Below are positions 25,569 to 35,542 of a stretch of 64,000 nucleotides of DNA, piece by piece. The translations under genes were made by a program, and so were the position numbers. Source of the stretch: Macrostomum lignano (taxonomy: Eukaryota); the NCBI GenBank assembly GCA_002269645.1, contig NIVC01000532.1, forward strand, positions 402,066 to 466,065, in the 5' to 3' direction. Numbering within the stretch: position 1 is the stretch's first letter; each line of letters starts with the position of its first letter. A model generated the notes under the pieces. That model worked only from the letters and a program-made list of their open reading frames with translations. It had not been told where the DNA came from and did not search any database.

Positions 25569-25888
25569 CTGTTAGTTTGAAACAAGTTTAGATTAACGAT
25601 ATGTATCGAAAGCAAATATAACAGTAAGTAAAACTATATATTATACACCATATTCAGATAGAATCGTCTACTTTGCAGCAAAGAAGCTGAGCTTTCCGAT
25701 TTAAACCAAAACCAGTGTCTGGTAGTTGAAACCAACCATCCAAATCCAGGTAAACCTACCCATAATACTCAGGTAAACCTACCCACAATTTCCAGATAAA
25801 CCCATTTACTATTTGGATAGCCGATAGGAGCCGATTAGAAAATAAAGTAATTAACAGCAAATAATGGAAAATAAACCCATTAACTTAC

Positions 25889-26153
25889 CTGCGATCGCTG
25901 AGTAATCAGCTGACTGGCATTGAATTTGGCCACAACCGCTTTCAGCACTTCGTTAACAATGCTGGGCAGGACGCGTTCGTCATAGTTCGGGCCCAGTCTG
26001 CGGTACAAATTCTGCAGATCAGATGCGTCGGGTCGGCACAGAACTCGCAGTGTGATATTGACAGTCTGCAGGTCTTTGCTGCCAGTTGGGCTGCTGATCT
26101 GGCGCGGCTTCGAGCGGATGTCGTAAATGATGGGCCGATGCAGCCAGGGGATG
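25889..26153 (-). CDS. PHB2: Prohibitin-2 exon 3
   Basis: [38 protein letters not shown]...[27 protein letters not shown], followed by donor gtaagt. Confidence 0.96.
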
Positions 26154-26171
26154 CTGGTGGTGGGAAGAGTT

Positions 26172-26697
26172 GTAGCAACTGAGGATTTGAGAGGCTGGCC
26201 CAGCGACTGAGGATTTGAGAGGCTGGCCCAGCGATTGAGAATTTGAGAGGCTGGCCCAGCGACTGAGGATTTGAGAAGCTGGCCCAGCGACTGAGCATCT
26301 GGGAGGCTGGCCCAGCGATTGAGGATCTGGGAGGCTAGCACAGCGACTGACACTGGAGGGCTGGCCCAGCAACTGAGGATCTGGGAAGCTGGCCCAGCTA
26401 CTGAGGATCTGGGAGGCTGGCCTAGCAACTGAGGATCTGGAGGCTGGCTGCCCAGCAACTGAGGATCTGGGAGGCTGGCTGCCCAGCAACTGAGGATCTG
26501 GGAGGCTGGCCCAGCAACTGAGGATCTGGGAGGCTGGCCCAGCAACTGAGGATCTGGGAGGCTGGCCCAGCAACTGAGGATCTGAGAGACTGACCCAGCA
26601 ACTGAGGATCTGAGAGACTGACCCAGCAACTGAGGATCTGGGGGGGGGGCTGGCCCAGCAACTGCGGATCTGGGAGGCTGGCCCAGCAACGGAGGAT
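26172..26697. repeat. 28-bp minisatellite (GGCTGGCCCAGCAACTGAGGATCTGGGA)n filling PHB2 intron 2
   Basis: About 18 units; causes the spurious 5' extension of ORF 25880-26689. Confidence 0.93.
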
Positions 26698-26731
26698 CAT
26701 AAGAAGGTACTAATTAAATTAAATGCCTCAC

Positions 26732-26813
26732 CGAAAGTGCAATCCTTCGCGCAGCTGCTCATCCTTGAGTCCACCAATACGACTGAATAGGATAGCCCGG
26801 TGGCCAGTCTCCA
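26732..26813 (-). CDS. PHB2: Prohibitin-2 exon 2
   Basis: ttggcag|TG GAG gives VETGHRAILFSRIGGLKDEQLREGLHFR, followed by donor gtgagg. Confidence 0.93.
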
Positions 26814-26997
26814 CTGCCAACAGTAGTGTGGTTGGTGAAGAGAAATTAATTATTGACTAGACCATCTAGTTGAGATGCCATTTGTGATACCTTTTGGTTT
26901 TGCGCTAGGTCTATCTTATTGATTCTGTCTTGCTTATCCACTGTTGAACTGTTAGAATATTAGTTAGACAACCTAGAACAGTTTAGTGAGAAATTCT

Positions 26998-27092
26998 ACC
27001 CAGCCATTTCTATTGGACAAAATAGCAATCATGTGACTGCTCTCAGCCAATAGTGACTTACATGTGTACATTGCCAATAGAAATGGCTGGGT
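26998..27092. repeat. 95-bp hairpin with perfect 19-bp inverted arms
   Basis: ACCCAGCCATTTCTATTGG (26998-27016) and CCAATAGAAATGGCTGGGT (27074-27092); no TSD seen. Confidence 0.8.
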
Positions 27093-27531
27093 GATTCCCA
27101 AGGTTGCACATGAATGTATTGTACATTGCTATGCATACTGGCCTACTCTTCTATTTTAGGAGAATAAGTGAGTGGCCTAATGACCATGATTATATACCAA
27201 GTACATCAGGGACCCTTGTGTGCATCATGATTATATGCTCTTTGTATTTCTAAAAAAATTGTCTATAGCAAAGGCAATCTTTATGACTATAAAGAATATT
27301 ATTTGTTTATATAATACCAAATTTTTTTACCATAATATAGGTCTATACCTTCTTGAGTATGGGGTATTTATACATTGAATTGCTAATCCCTTTGTAGATT
27401 TAAGTAGACCTTGATATATTTTCCAAATTTATTTTTATAATATAGGAAATTGAATATCTTTATATGGATACTTTTGTTATTTTTAATAAAAATCAAGGAT
27501 AGGGTTCTTTATTGAACATATAATAGGTAAA

Positions 27532-29895
27532 TGTTGTAAAGTGAGTTTACTCACTGGGTTGTTTTGCTAGTCGGTGTTTGGGGGTCAAGGGATCCGATGT
27601 ACATGCGCGCTCTGTTTGTATATGTACATGCGTTCTCGAGTAAATATAAGAATAGCTCCACCCTTTGGGTGAGGGTTTGAATTTTGTTTGTTGGACTAAA
27701 CCTGACTGGCTTGTCTCTCGCTCACCACATTTTGGCGTCGCGCGGAGAAATCAATTGATTTGGGCCAGCGTGATTCAGCACAAGCGCGAACTCTAAAATC
27801 TGCCAAGTCATGAGCAGTACAGAAGGCGCAAATTCAAGTGCGATTGGCGACCCACAGCGAGGGTCCCAACAAGCAGCAGCCCAACAGTCAAGCAGAGATA
27901 CAGCCAATAGAATGAGTGTCAACATTTCGCCACCGCAGCCGTTTCTGCCAGCCGCTGGAGCACCGCTGATTGAATGGAACCGATGGAAAGCAATGTTCAG
28001 CAATTACCTGCTAGCATCGGGAGCCATTGATCTGCCAGAGCAAAGAAAACAAGCGTTGCTCATCCACTGTTTGGGTGCAGAGGGACAAAACATCTACATG
28101 TCTCTACAGGCCAGCAGCAATCAGGAGGAAGGAGAGCAACCGCCATCAACAGTTGATGACACGCTGAAGCTCCTGGACATGCACTTTGGACCCAAAGTCA
28201 ACGTAGTTGCTGAGAGGCACAGATTCCGACAGAGAGCTCAGCGACCGGGCAAAAAGATCAGCGACTTCGTTGCTGCACTGCGAAACCTGGCTTCAAACTG
28301 CGACTTCAAGACCTTCCAGGAGGAGATGCTGCGTGACCAGCTCGTCGAGAAAGTGCTTAGCAACCACATCAGGGAGCGACTGCTTATGGAGCCGGAGCTG
28401 ACCTTGGCGACAGCTGTGCAGTTGGCGGAGCGACTGGAAACTGGACTGCTGGAGGCCCAGGCCATCAAGGGAGGCAGCCACACAGACCCAAACAGCTTGT
28501 GTGGAGTCCAGCAGATCAGCAAGGCCAAGAACAGTGGAGCAGCGGCAAGACAGCACGAGGCACTGAAGCCGACAGCCGACGGCCGGAGCTGCGGCTACTG
28601 TGGCTCAGCGGCGCATTTCGGTGGACAGACCTGCCCAGCAAAGGGGCAGAAGTGCAAGTCCTGCGGTAAGCGTGGGCACTTTGCCAGAGTCTGCAGGAGC
28701 GGCAACCGAGTGCGACAGCTTCAGGATGAGTACTCCATCTGCACTGTGTCGACAGCTGCGGCAGCAAGCAAGCACTGCAAAGTGCTGCTGAACGGGAGGC
28801 CTGTCAAGCTGCTTGTTGACTCCGGTTCGCGAGTCTCCATCATCACCAAGACGACGTACAATCGACTTCTGTCCAACGTGCCCCTGCAGGCGTCATCACG
28901 GAAGCTGGTCACTTTCAACGGCAGCAAGATCGGCGTGCTTGGTGACATCCTGAACTTGGTGCAGCTCAAGGACAAGGTAGTGCCTTACGTCAACCTTAGC
29001 TTGGTCAATACCGGATCTGACATCCTGGGGTGCGACCTCATGGATCAGCTGGGACTGTGGATCGTCACTGCAGACGGTGAGCGAGTGCAGACAGTCGGCA
29101 CCAGAGCCCTGCCTGACTGGATCCCAGGCCGGTTCAACCAGTTGACTCAGGGACTCGGACACATCAAAGGATTTCAGCACAGGCCGCGAGACAACCCCGC
29201 GGTGCAACCGACTGCTCAACCGTTGCGCAGAGTGCCGCTCAGCTTAAGAGATTCGGTTCAAAAGAAGTTCAAGTGGCTCAAAAGAACCCGACCGCCTCAA
29301 TTAGGGTGCGGCGACCTGGTGCGAGTGCGATCTCCACGGATGCGAGGCAAGCTGCAGAGCCACGTGTCACCACCTCTACGGGTCAGCGACATCATCAGCC
29401 CGACGATCGTCAGGTTAGAGGACGGCTCAAGGTGGCACACCAGCCTCTGTATGCCTCATGCGGAGCCCAAGGGTGCCAGCACGACTTTGGCAATGGCAAT
29501 GCCGCCACAGCCGCCAGTGGCTGCAGAGCAGGCAGCGCCAGAAGGCCCAACGGACCCGCCGCCGGCGACCGCTGAGGCCGACGCAGAGCTGCAGCGCAGT
29601 ACGCGACTGCGGGCACCACCGTTGTGGTACAGCCAGGTCTTGACGCATTGATTGCCAGCTGTGAAGGGAATTAGTGACTGTTAAGGAGGAGGGTGAATGT
29701 TGTAAAGTGAGTTTACTCACTGGGTTGTTTTGCTAGTCGGTGTTTGGGGGTCAAGGGATCCGATGTATATGCGTGCTCTGTTTGTATATGTACATGCGTT
29801 CTCAAGTAAATATAAGAATAGCTCCACCCTTTGGGTGAGGGTTTGAATTTTGTTTGTTGGACTAAACCTGACTGGCTTGTCTCTCGCTCACCACA
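27532..29895 (+). mobile_element. Ty3/Gypsy (Mag-like) LTR retrotransposon, internally deleted, in PHB2 intron 1 (antisense)
   Basis: 198-bp LTRs TG...CA at 27532-27729 and 29698-29895 with 3 mismatches. 5-bp TSD GTAAA at 27527-27531 and 29896-29900. PBS-like TTTTGGCGTCG follows the 5' LTR, and polypurine tract AAGGAGGAGGG precedes the 3' LTR. Confidence 0.96.
27810..29651 (+). CDS. Gag-protease ORF fused in frame to the post-integrase C-terminal tail (RT/RNaseH/IN core absent)
   Basis: Gag motifs WNRWK...HCLG and ERHRFRQRAQ...LRDQLV; two zinc knuckles CGYCGSAAHFGGQTC and CKSCGKRGHFARVC; protease LLVDSGS; pre-RT QPLRRVP; then GDLVRVR...KL (GPY/F-SH3-like) and LQRSTR. No YxDD or DDE is present. 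Confidence 0.92.
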   Translation: MSSTEGANSSAIGDPQRGSQQAAAQQSSRDTANRMSVNISPPQPFLPAAGAPLIEWNRWKAMFSNYLLASGAIDLPEQRKQALLIHCLGAEGQNIYMSLQASSNQEEGEQPPSTVDDTLKLLDMHFGPKVNVVAERHRFRQRAQRPGKKISDFVAALRNLASNCDFKTFQEEMLRDQLVEKVLSNHIRERLLMEPELTLATAVQLAERLETGLLEAQAIKGGSHTDPNSLCGVQQISKAKNSGAAARQHEALKPTADGRSCGYCGSAAHFGGQTCPAKGQKCKSCGKRGHFARVCRSGNRVRQLQDEYSICTVSTAAAASKHCKVLLNGRPVKLLVDSGSRVSIITKTTYNRLLSNVPLQASSRKLVTFNGSKIGVLGDILNLVQLKDKVVPYVNLSLVNTGSDILGCDLMDQLGLWIVTADGERVQTVGTRALPDWIPGRFNQLTQGLGHIKGFQHRPRDNPAVQPTAQPLRRVPLSLRDSVQKKFKWLKRTRPPQLGCGDLVRVRSPRMRGKLQSHVSPPLRVSDIISPTIVRLEDGSRWHTSLCMPHAEPKGASTTLAMAMPPQPPVAAEQAAPEGPTDPPPATAEADAELQRSTRLRAPPLWYSQVLTH

Positions 29896-30063
29896 GTAAA
29901 CATGGTATACAATTAGAAAGCATAAGATGTTATTAATATGCAAACCAAAGTTTCCTTGTTGTATATTCTAGCATATACTCAAACATGATGCATAGTATGG
30001 CTATTAATTAATATGAGCAAGTCTAATAATGCAAAAAATCATAATAAAATTATTATCTAGAAC

Positions 30064-30861
30064 CAGTGTTGGGCACAAGTCTGTTAATAAGCATTAATCC
30101 ATTAATAAGCGTTAATAAGTGTTAAGATTTTTCATTAATGTTAATGGACTGTCATTAAGATTTTTTTGAACTAACGGATTAACGAATTTGCATTAAAAAT
30201 TTTGTGAATTAACGATTAATTCATCGTTAACGGTAGTGTCTATGTCAATGACCAAAGACGCAAAGAAGGAATGAAAAATAGAAGTCTTACAAGAAGTTTG
30301 AACATTACGAATGTATTTGAGCTTACCTATATGCCTAAATATAATCTCTTTATTTATGACAATGATCATACAGACATACATGTAATTAACAACTTCTTAC
30401 AAATAAACTTTAAAATAATGAATTAAAATAGTGTGAAACTTTATTTCTTGCACATGAGCATCAATCGCTTTGATTCACTTCTGTCCCAATCTTTCGCAAC
30501 TTTCTGCTGTGCCTGCTAATGGTACTGAAACAACCTTCCTATGCATATTTAATTATGAATTTCTCGCTATTAGCTTTTAAGTTTCAAATAAAATAAGTTA
30601 CTTTTTTACCATATGCTTTACTTTTAGTAGTATTATGCATGCAAGTTTTTAAATGATTTTTTATTACTTTTTTAGCTTTCAAATCGCTTAGATGACCTCT
30701 GTGTTTCGCTAAAAAGATGGAATAGCAAAGACTTGCAATACAAAGTCTGTTTTGGAAAAAATGTGCAAGATTTCCATATTTTCTGTGTTAACTTTAATGC
30801 TAGGCCTAACGCTTTTGCTATTAACGGAAGTTAAGATTTTCATTAACGGTGCCCAACACTG
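30064..30861. mobile_element. hAT-type MITE (798 bp) in PHB2 intron 1
   Basis: 13-bp perfect TIR CAGTGTTGGGCAC / GTGCCCAACACTG, 8-bp TSD TCTAGAAC at 30056-30063 and 30862-30869, and subterminal TTAA(T/C)-rich motifs. Confidence 0.9.
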
Positions 30862-31317
30862 TCTAGAACATTTAATTTAGAAATATTTTCTAATCTAAGT
30901 ATTAAACATTATTTAATTGTAAAACAACATGTTTCAAAAATCAATGTATAATTATAAAACTGCTAAGACTTTTTCTAATATTTATAACAAATATTGGCTA
31001 TATAGCCTAACATAATAATAATACTATATAATAAATCCAAAAAGCCATTGCCTACTTATTGATATTAGCCTAGCTAAATAAGCCTAAGTCTAAGAATTTT
31101 AATATAAAATTTAGACTTGTTCAATGTTTTGCATACCTTTTGCATAATCCTCATCATGGCATTAAAGTAAACAAAAGATACATAGAGTCATCACTCACTA
31201 GGCCTATGTTTTGACATCGAAAATTTATTGGTAAGTTAATAAAAATGCTAGATGCTATATTACTAAACATAAAAAATAAATTAATGGATGAATAAGTTTG
31301 GAAAAAAAGAAACTGAC

Positions 31318-31417
31318 CTGTAAAGAATGAATTGTACGCGCCATATGTGGCAACAGCAGCAGCAGCAAGAAAGCCACTACCAGCTGTTGCTTTTTTAAAC
31401 ATGTTAAACATACTCAT
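31318..31417 (-). CDS. PHB2: Prohibitin-2 exon 1
   Basis: MSMFNMFKKATAGSGFLAAAAVATYGAYNSFFT (hydrophobic N-terminal anchor), followed by donor G|gtcag. Confidence 0.88.
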
Positions 31418-34159
31418 TTTTAGTCCTTGACCTTAGTTTGATTTTGAATAGAGCAGAAAGAAATGACACTTTTTAAAAAATATGTATAGGTGAAAACACA
31501 AAATAAAATTATTCTACTGTATTAAAGTAATGATCAATTAATTAGGTGTTTTAAGAAGTTATGAAGTTAGTAACTTAACTTATCCTATCTGTATTAGGCT
31601 CTAAGTATAAATTCGTGTTGCAGCGTACGTTCCATGCCCTTGATTTTTAACACGGAAATTTGTTTTAGACAACTGGTACAACAAAACTTTAGTAAATATA
31701 GTAATCTGTATAACATAAATTGAGTTTCTGTACCTATTAAGAACTTTATTACATATATGCTTTTAATTTGGTTTTTCTCGTAAAATTCGGTGGTCAAAGT
31801 GTAGGAATTTTTTCTTGTAATTTTTCTGCAAATTTGAATGACGTTTATTAAGCGGCCAGTTAACGGTCTTTCTGCTGCTTACTGCCTAGTTAAGATGCGA
31901 CGTAGGATACATTAATTTTTGCCTGATTGGCGATGGCCTAGCTGGTAAATGCACATAAGTGCTATCCTAATATTGTGTTTGTTTCCTTATTTTTAATAAT
32001 TTAAATAACTTACATTAGGCCATCCTAGGTTCATTTTTATTGTATAATTTATTTTCTTCAGTACCCTCCCTTTACATAATTTATTATTAGTCCTACCCAC
32101 GCAAAACAAACCATTCTACAATCTGATCTAAAACGAGTTCTGTATCACCTTTCTTTTTTGCTACATTAAACTCGCTTTCCCTTGTCACTAGTATAAGTGT
32201 AAGATTTTGAAGTTCTAGGCCTTGCTAGCTAGCTCTAGAAGAAAGTTACTGCAATTGTCAAATTCTAAATCTATATAACTAAATCTGAATCTAAACTAAA
32301 GTTAAAACAACACTTGAAATATCCTTAGAAATACAATTTTTAGCATTGTATTTCATTTATTAATGAAATAAATTTGTTTAAAAAGTCAAAGAAGTAAATT
32401 TTGATGTCATCAAAAGTTAATGGTAAGTTTTCCTTCAATTAAGCCTATCTTTCACTTTTCTTCTTGGAGATTTCTATTTATTGATATTATCATAGCTAAA
32501 GCTCTAGGCATGAATCAGGTTTAATTTTGGTAAACTATTTCTTTTTAAACAAAGTTGTATTTATACATTTGAGGTAGGCCTTATTTTAGCATTGTTCGTT
32601 TCCTAGAAAGTAGTATATTTGAAACTAGACTATTTTGTTTTAATACGTATAATATTAATAATATTGTAAATATTTTAAATATTATGAAATTTTATTTGTT
32701 TAAAAGACCAAATCAAGAGGAGTATAAATACACGATCCGAATAAGAAGGAGAGCAACTTGTGCAACTTGTGCCTCGCTGGCTTTAAGCTTAAAACTGTTC
32801 TAGTATATTGCTCAATACTTACTGAATTAGTTATTTTAGAAAGCATCAGAAGCCCCAAGATTGGGAGAGTTCAACCCATTCTCAAAGAACGAGACAACCA
32901 GATCTAGGATCTAAGAAATCACCTTTAGGAGGCAGAGATCTTACCACAGGGTAGAGAAGCCCAGACTCAGAGTCTGAGAAACCCGCCTCAGGACAGGATA
33001 CCCAGCAAATAAGCTGTGACCCTCTGATCCCAGGAATGCCCAGGACTGAGAATAATATCTTTAGAGGAGTATAGGAATAAGATAGACAGTGCCTAAAAAG
33101 ACCGCTCAAGCCAGAAAGTACAATAGAAGTACAGATGCTACCAGTAAAAGTACATACGCTACCAATAGAAGTACAGACGCTACCAATAGAAGTACATGCG
33201 CTACAAGTAAAAGGCAGGTAATAACCAGCAATATTAACAAGGAATAACCTCTGCAACAGCTTGGTGGCAGCAAGTAAGGCTAAACAAAAGAATAAATAAG
33301 AGCCCTGGGACACATTGTTCTAAAGATTGCTAAAGCATTATAATTAGTTTCAAGATTTATTAATATTAATTTACTTTTGTAGTAAGATAAGTGGTTATCT
33401 TATATGTATCTAGCATATTATCAAGTAACCAAATTTATCAATATATATTTTGTCAACTCTGTTGACAAATTTGGTTTACCTTACTAGGGTCGTTCTCAAA
33501 ATCAGGAATTACGCGATAAAACAAGAAAAAAAATTTTCAACCCTGAACCAGCCTTTCATGCAAAACAAGCAACAGGGTAAACATATAGCTGTTGAAAGAA
33601 AATTACTTTATTTATCATTCGAAACAGTGAAATTGGTACGGTTGTCAAAGCAACTGACTACTGAGTCATTTTATCAATTTAATATTTCCATTTCTTCGAT
33701 GTAACGCTAAGACGGTGTCATGTTTTGTGAAAAAATTCAATGGGAAAGAAACATCAGAAATAAACTATTTTGCACAGGAAGGAAGAAAAGAACATTAGAA
33801 TTTGCTTCTTATTAAAGAATGACTGCTTAGTGATTTGTTCCTTGACTTAAACACAATCTTTCATCACTTAAACGCATCACTGTTCTAGTTACTAGCAGTT
33901 GAATTGTACAAATATATTGCTAGTTTTATAGGTGAAAGCAATGCATATGGCGTCTTTTGGCGTTTTTTTGTGCCTTATAATGTGATCTTTGTATTTGTGA
34001 TGTTTTTATATAGATTAGTGCACCACAGTTGTTGCAATATTTTTTTATACAATTAATTGCTACTAAGACAGGCACAAGCCAATAAACGTTGGGACCACAG
34101 TTTTGCAACACTGGAATAAGATAATGACCAAAAAAAGGAGTAAAGTGGAGAACTGGGTG

Positions 34160-34515
34160 TCTTACAGGAGCATTTTTGTGCTTTTTTAAATACATTGCCT
34201 CTGAGCCCCACAATTAAGCAAAGCATCTGAAAAACATGCACTTTTGCATGTGTCAAAATGTTGGGACTGCCATCATGGGTCACTGAAAGAACTGATTGGG
34301 CCGAATTTTTTGGAGAGTGTTAGACTAGGTGTCTTATGGGAGCATTTTTTGCATTTTTAAATACATTGCCTCTGAGCCCCACAATTAAGTAAAACATCTG
34401 AAAAAACATGCACTTTTGCATATGTCAAACCATTGGGACTGCCATCATGGGTCACTGAAAGAACTGATTGGGCTGAATTTTTTGGAGAATGTTTTACTAG
34501 GTGTTGTGTAGGAGC
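34160..34515. repeat. About 172-bp direct tandem duplication (2 copies)
   Basis: TACATTGCCTCTGAGCCCCACAATTAAG at 34191 and 34362; GGGACTGCCATCATGGGTCACTG at 34263 and 34435. Confidence 0.8.
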
Positions 34516-34981
34516 ATTAATTTTTTAAAAGAAAATATTGCATATAAGCCACACAAAATATGTTAACAATTTAGAAACCAGGCAATACATACAAACTGTA
34601 ATTTATGAGTAAGGGATTCAGTAGCATTTTAAACTTGAAATTAAAATTGATGTTTTAAATTAGATATTAAATCTCAATGACTGAAAGAATATGAATCAAG
34701 TGGCTTTATTTGTAGAAATTGGTCCATCAAAAAAAGTTTTGGCCATTTGGAAAATTTTACTTTGAAATGTATAGTTTCTTGCAAAAAATCCTGAATTTTG
34801 TGTCCCAATAAGCAAGTAGCTATTGGCATTATTTAAATGAAAGATACAGTTTAGACTCTATGCAGATTTAGCACAAAATAGACTGCAAAATTTTGATATC
34901 ATTTTTGAAGCTTTTCCACTAGGTCCTACTGGCAGTTGAGGCATCTAATAGTGACATTGCTGGGTTTGTTGCCCCTAGTAA

Positions 34982-35472
34982 CATACATGCGCAACTTCTG
35001 AAATTACGCTGGCCGTGCGACTTAGTTTTCGATAAAAAATGCGACTTACCTAACCGTTTGTGACTTACCTAATCCTTTTTGCGACTTACCTAACCCTTTT
35101 GCGACTTACCTAATCCTTTTTGCGACTTACTTAATCCTTTTTGCGACTTACCTAATCCTTTTTGCGACTTACCTAACCCTTTGTGACTTAGCTAATCCTT
35201 TTTGCGACTTACCTGATTCCTGTTGCGACTTACCTGATCCTTTTTGCGACTTACCTGATTATTTTTACAACTTAGTTTGCTTCTTTTGCGAATTGTTTTT
35301 CTTTTGCTTCATTATTTTCCCCCTGAACTGCTCTTTCTTTCGCTTTCCTCTTGCCTTTCTTGGTTCTTGTGTTTTTCTGTTTTTGGTTGACTCAATTTTG
35401 CGACTTACCCCTGGTCAGCCACGATTTACGGTGGCCGGATCGGCCAGGTCGGCCAGCAGTTGCGCATGTATG
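34982..35472. mobile_element. 491-bp MITE with 9-bp TSD (MULE-like or other 9-bp-TSD family)
   Basis: TIR CATACATGCGCAACT(T/G)CTG (18/19 match), TSD CCCTAGTAA at 34973-34981 and 35473-35481, and internal 20-21-bp repeats GCGACTTACCTAATCCTTTT. Confidence 0.88.
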
Positions 35473-35542
35473 CCCTAGTAACATCTAAGTGATTCCCAAT
35501 CACATGATTGTCCAAATTAGACTGCAGCTGTAATTGCTTGAA

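Larger units (their letters stand above)
25101..31417 (-). other. PHB2: Gene model span: prohibitin-2, 4 coding exons, 304 aa
   Basis: Exons 31417-31318, 26813-26732, 26153-25889 and 25568-25101 total 915 nt, with GT-AG introns in consistent phase. PHB2-type motifs include [24 protein letters not shown] and [14 protein letters not shown]. Confidence 0.95.

Noticed and set aside
25880-26689. 269-aa ORF suggesting a PHB2 isoform with a repetitive N-terminal extension
   Set aside because: The extension is the intron 2 minisatellite. A good acceptor at 26154 joins exon 2 in phase and restores the canonical HFR-IPW sequence.
31845-31950. Possible snRNA or spliced-leader RNA (AACGGTCT...CTTACTGC start and an Sm-site-like AATTTTTG near 31914-31921)
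   Set aside because: The similarity to flatworm SL is from memory and partial. There is no ATG|GT leader donor and no convincing stem-loops; it would need an Infernal/Rfam search.
32840-33217. Ciliate-type genetic code (TAA/TAG = Gln) or contaminant DNA
   Set aside because: The same frame also contains TGA, and neighbouring genes end in standard TAA/TAG stops. It is kept only as a weak pseudogene lead.
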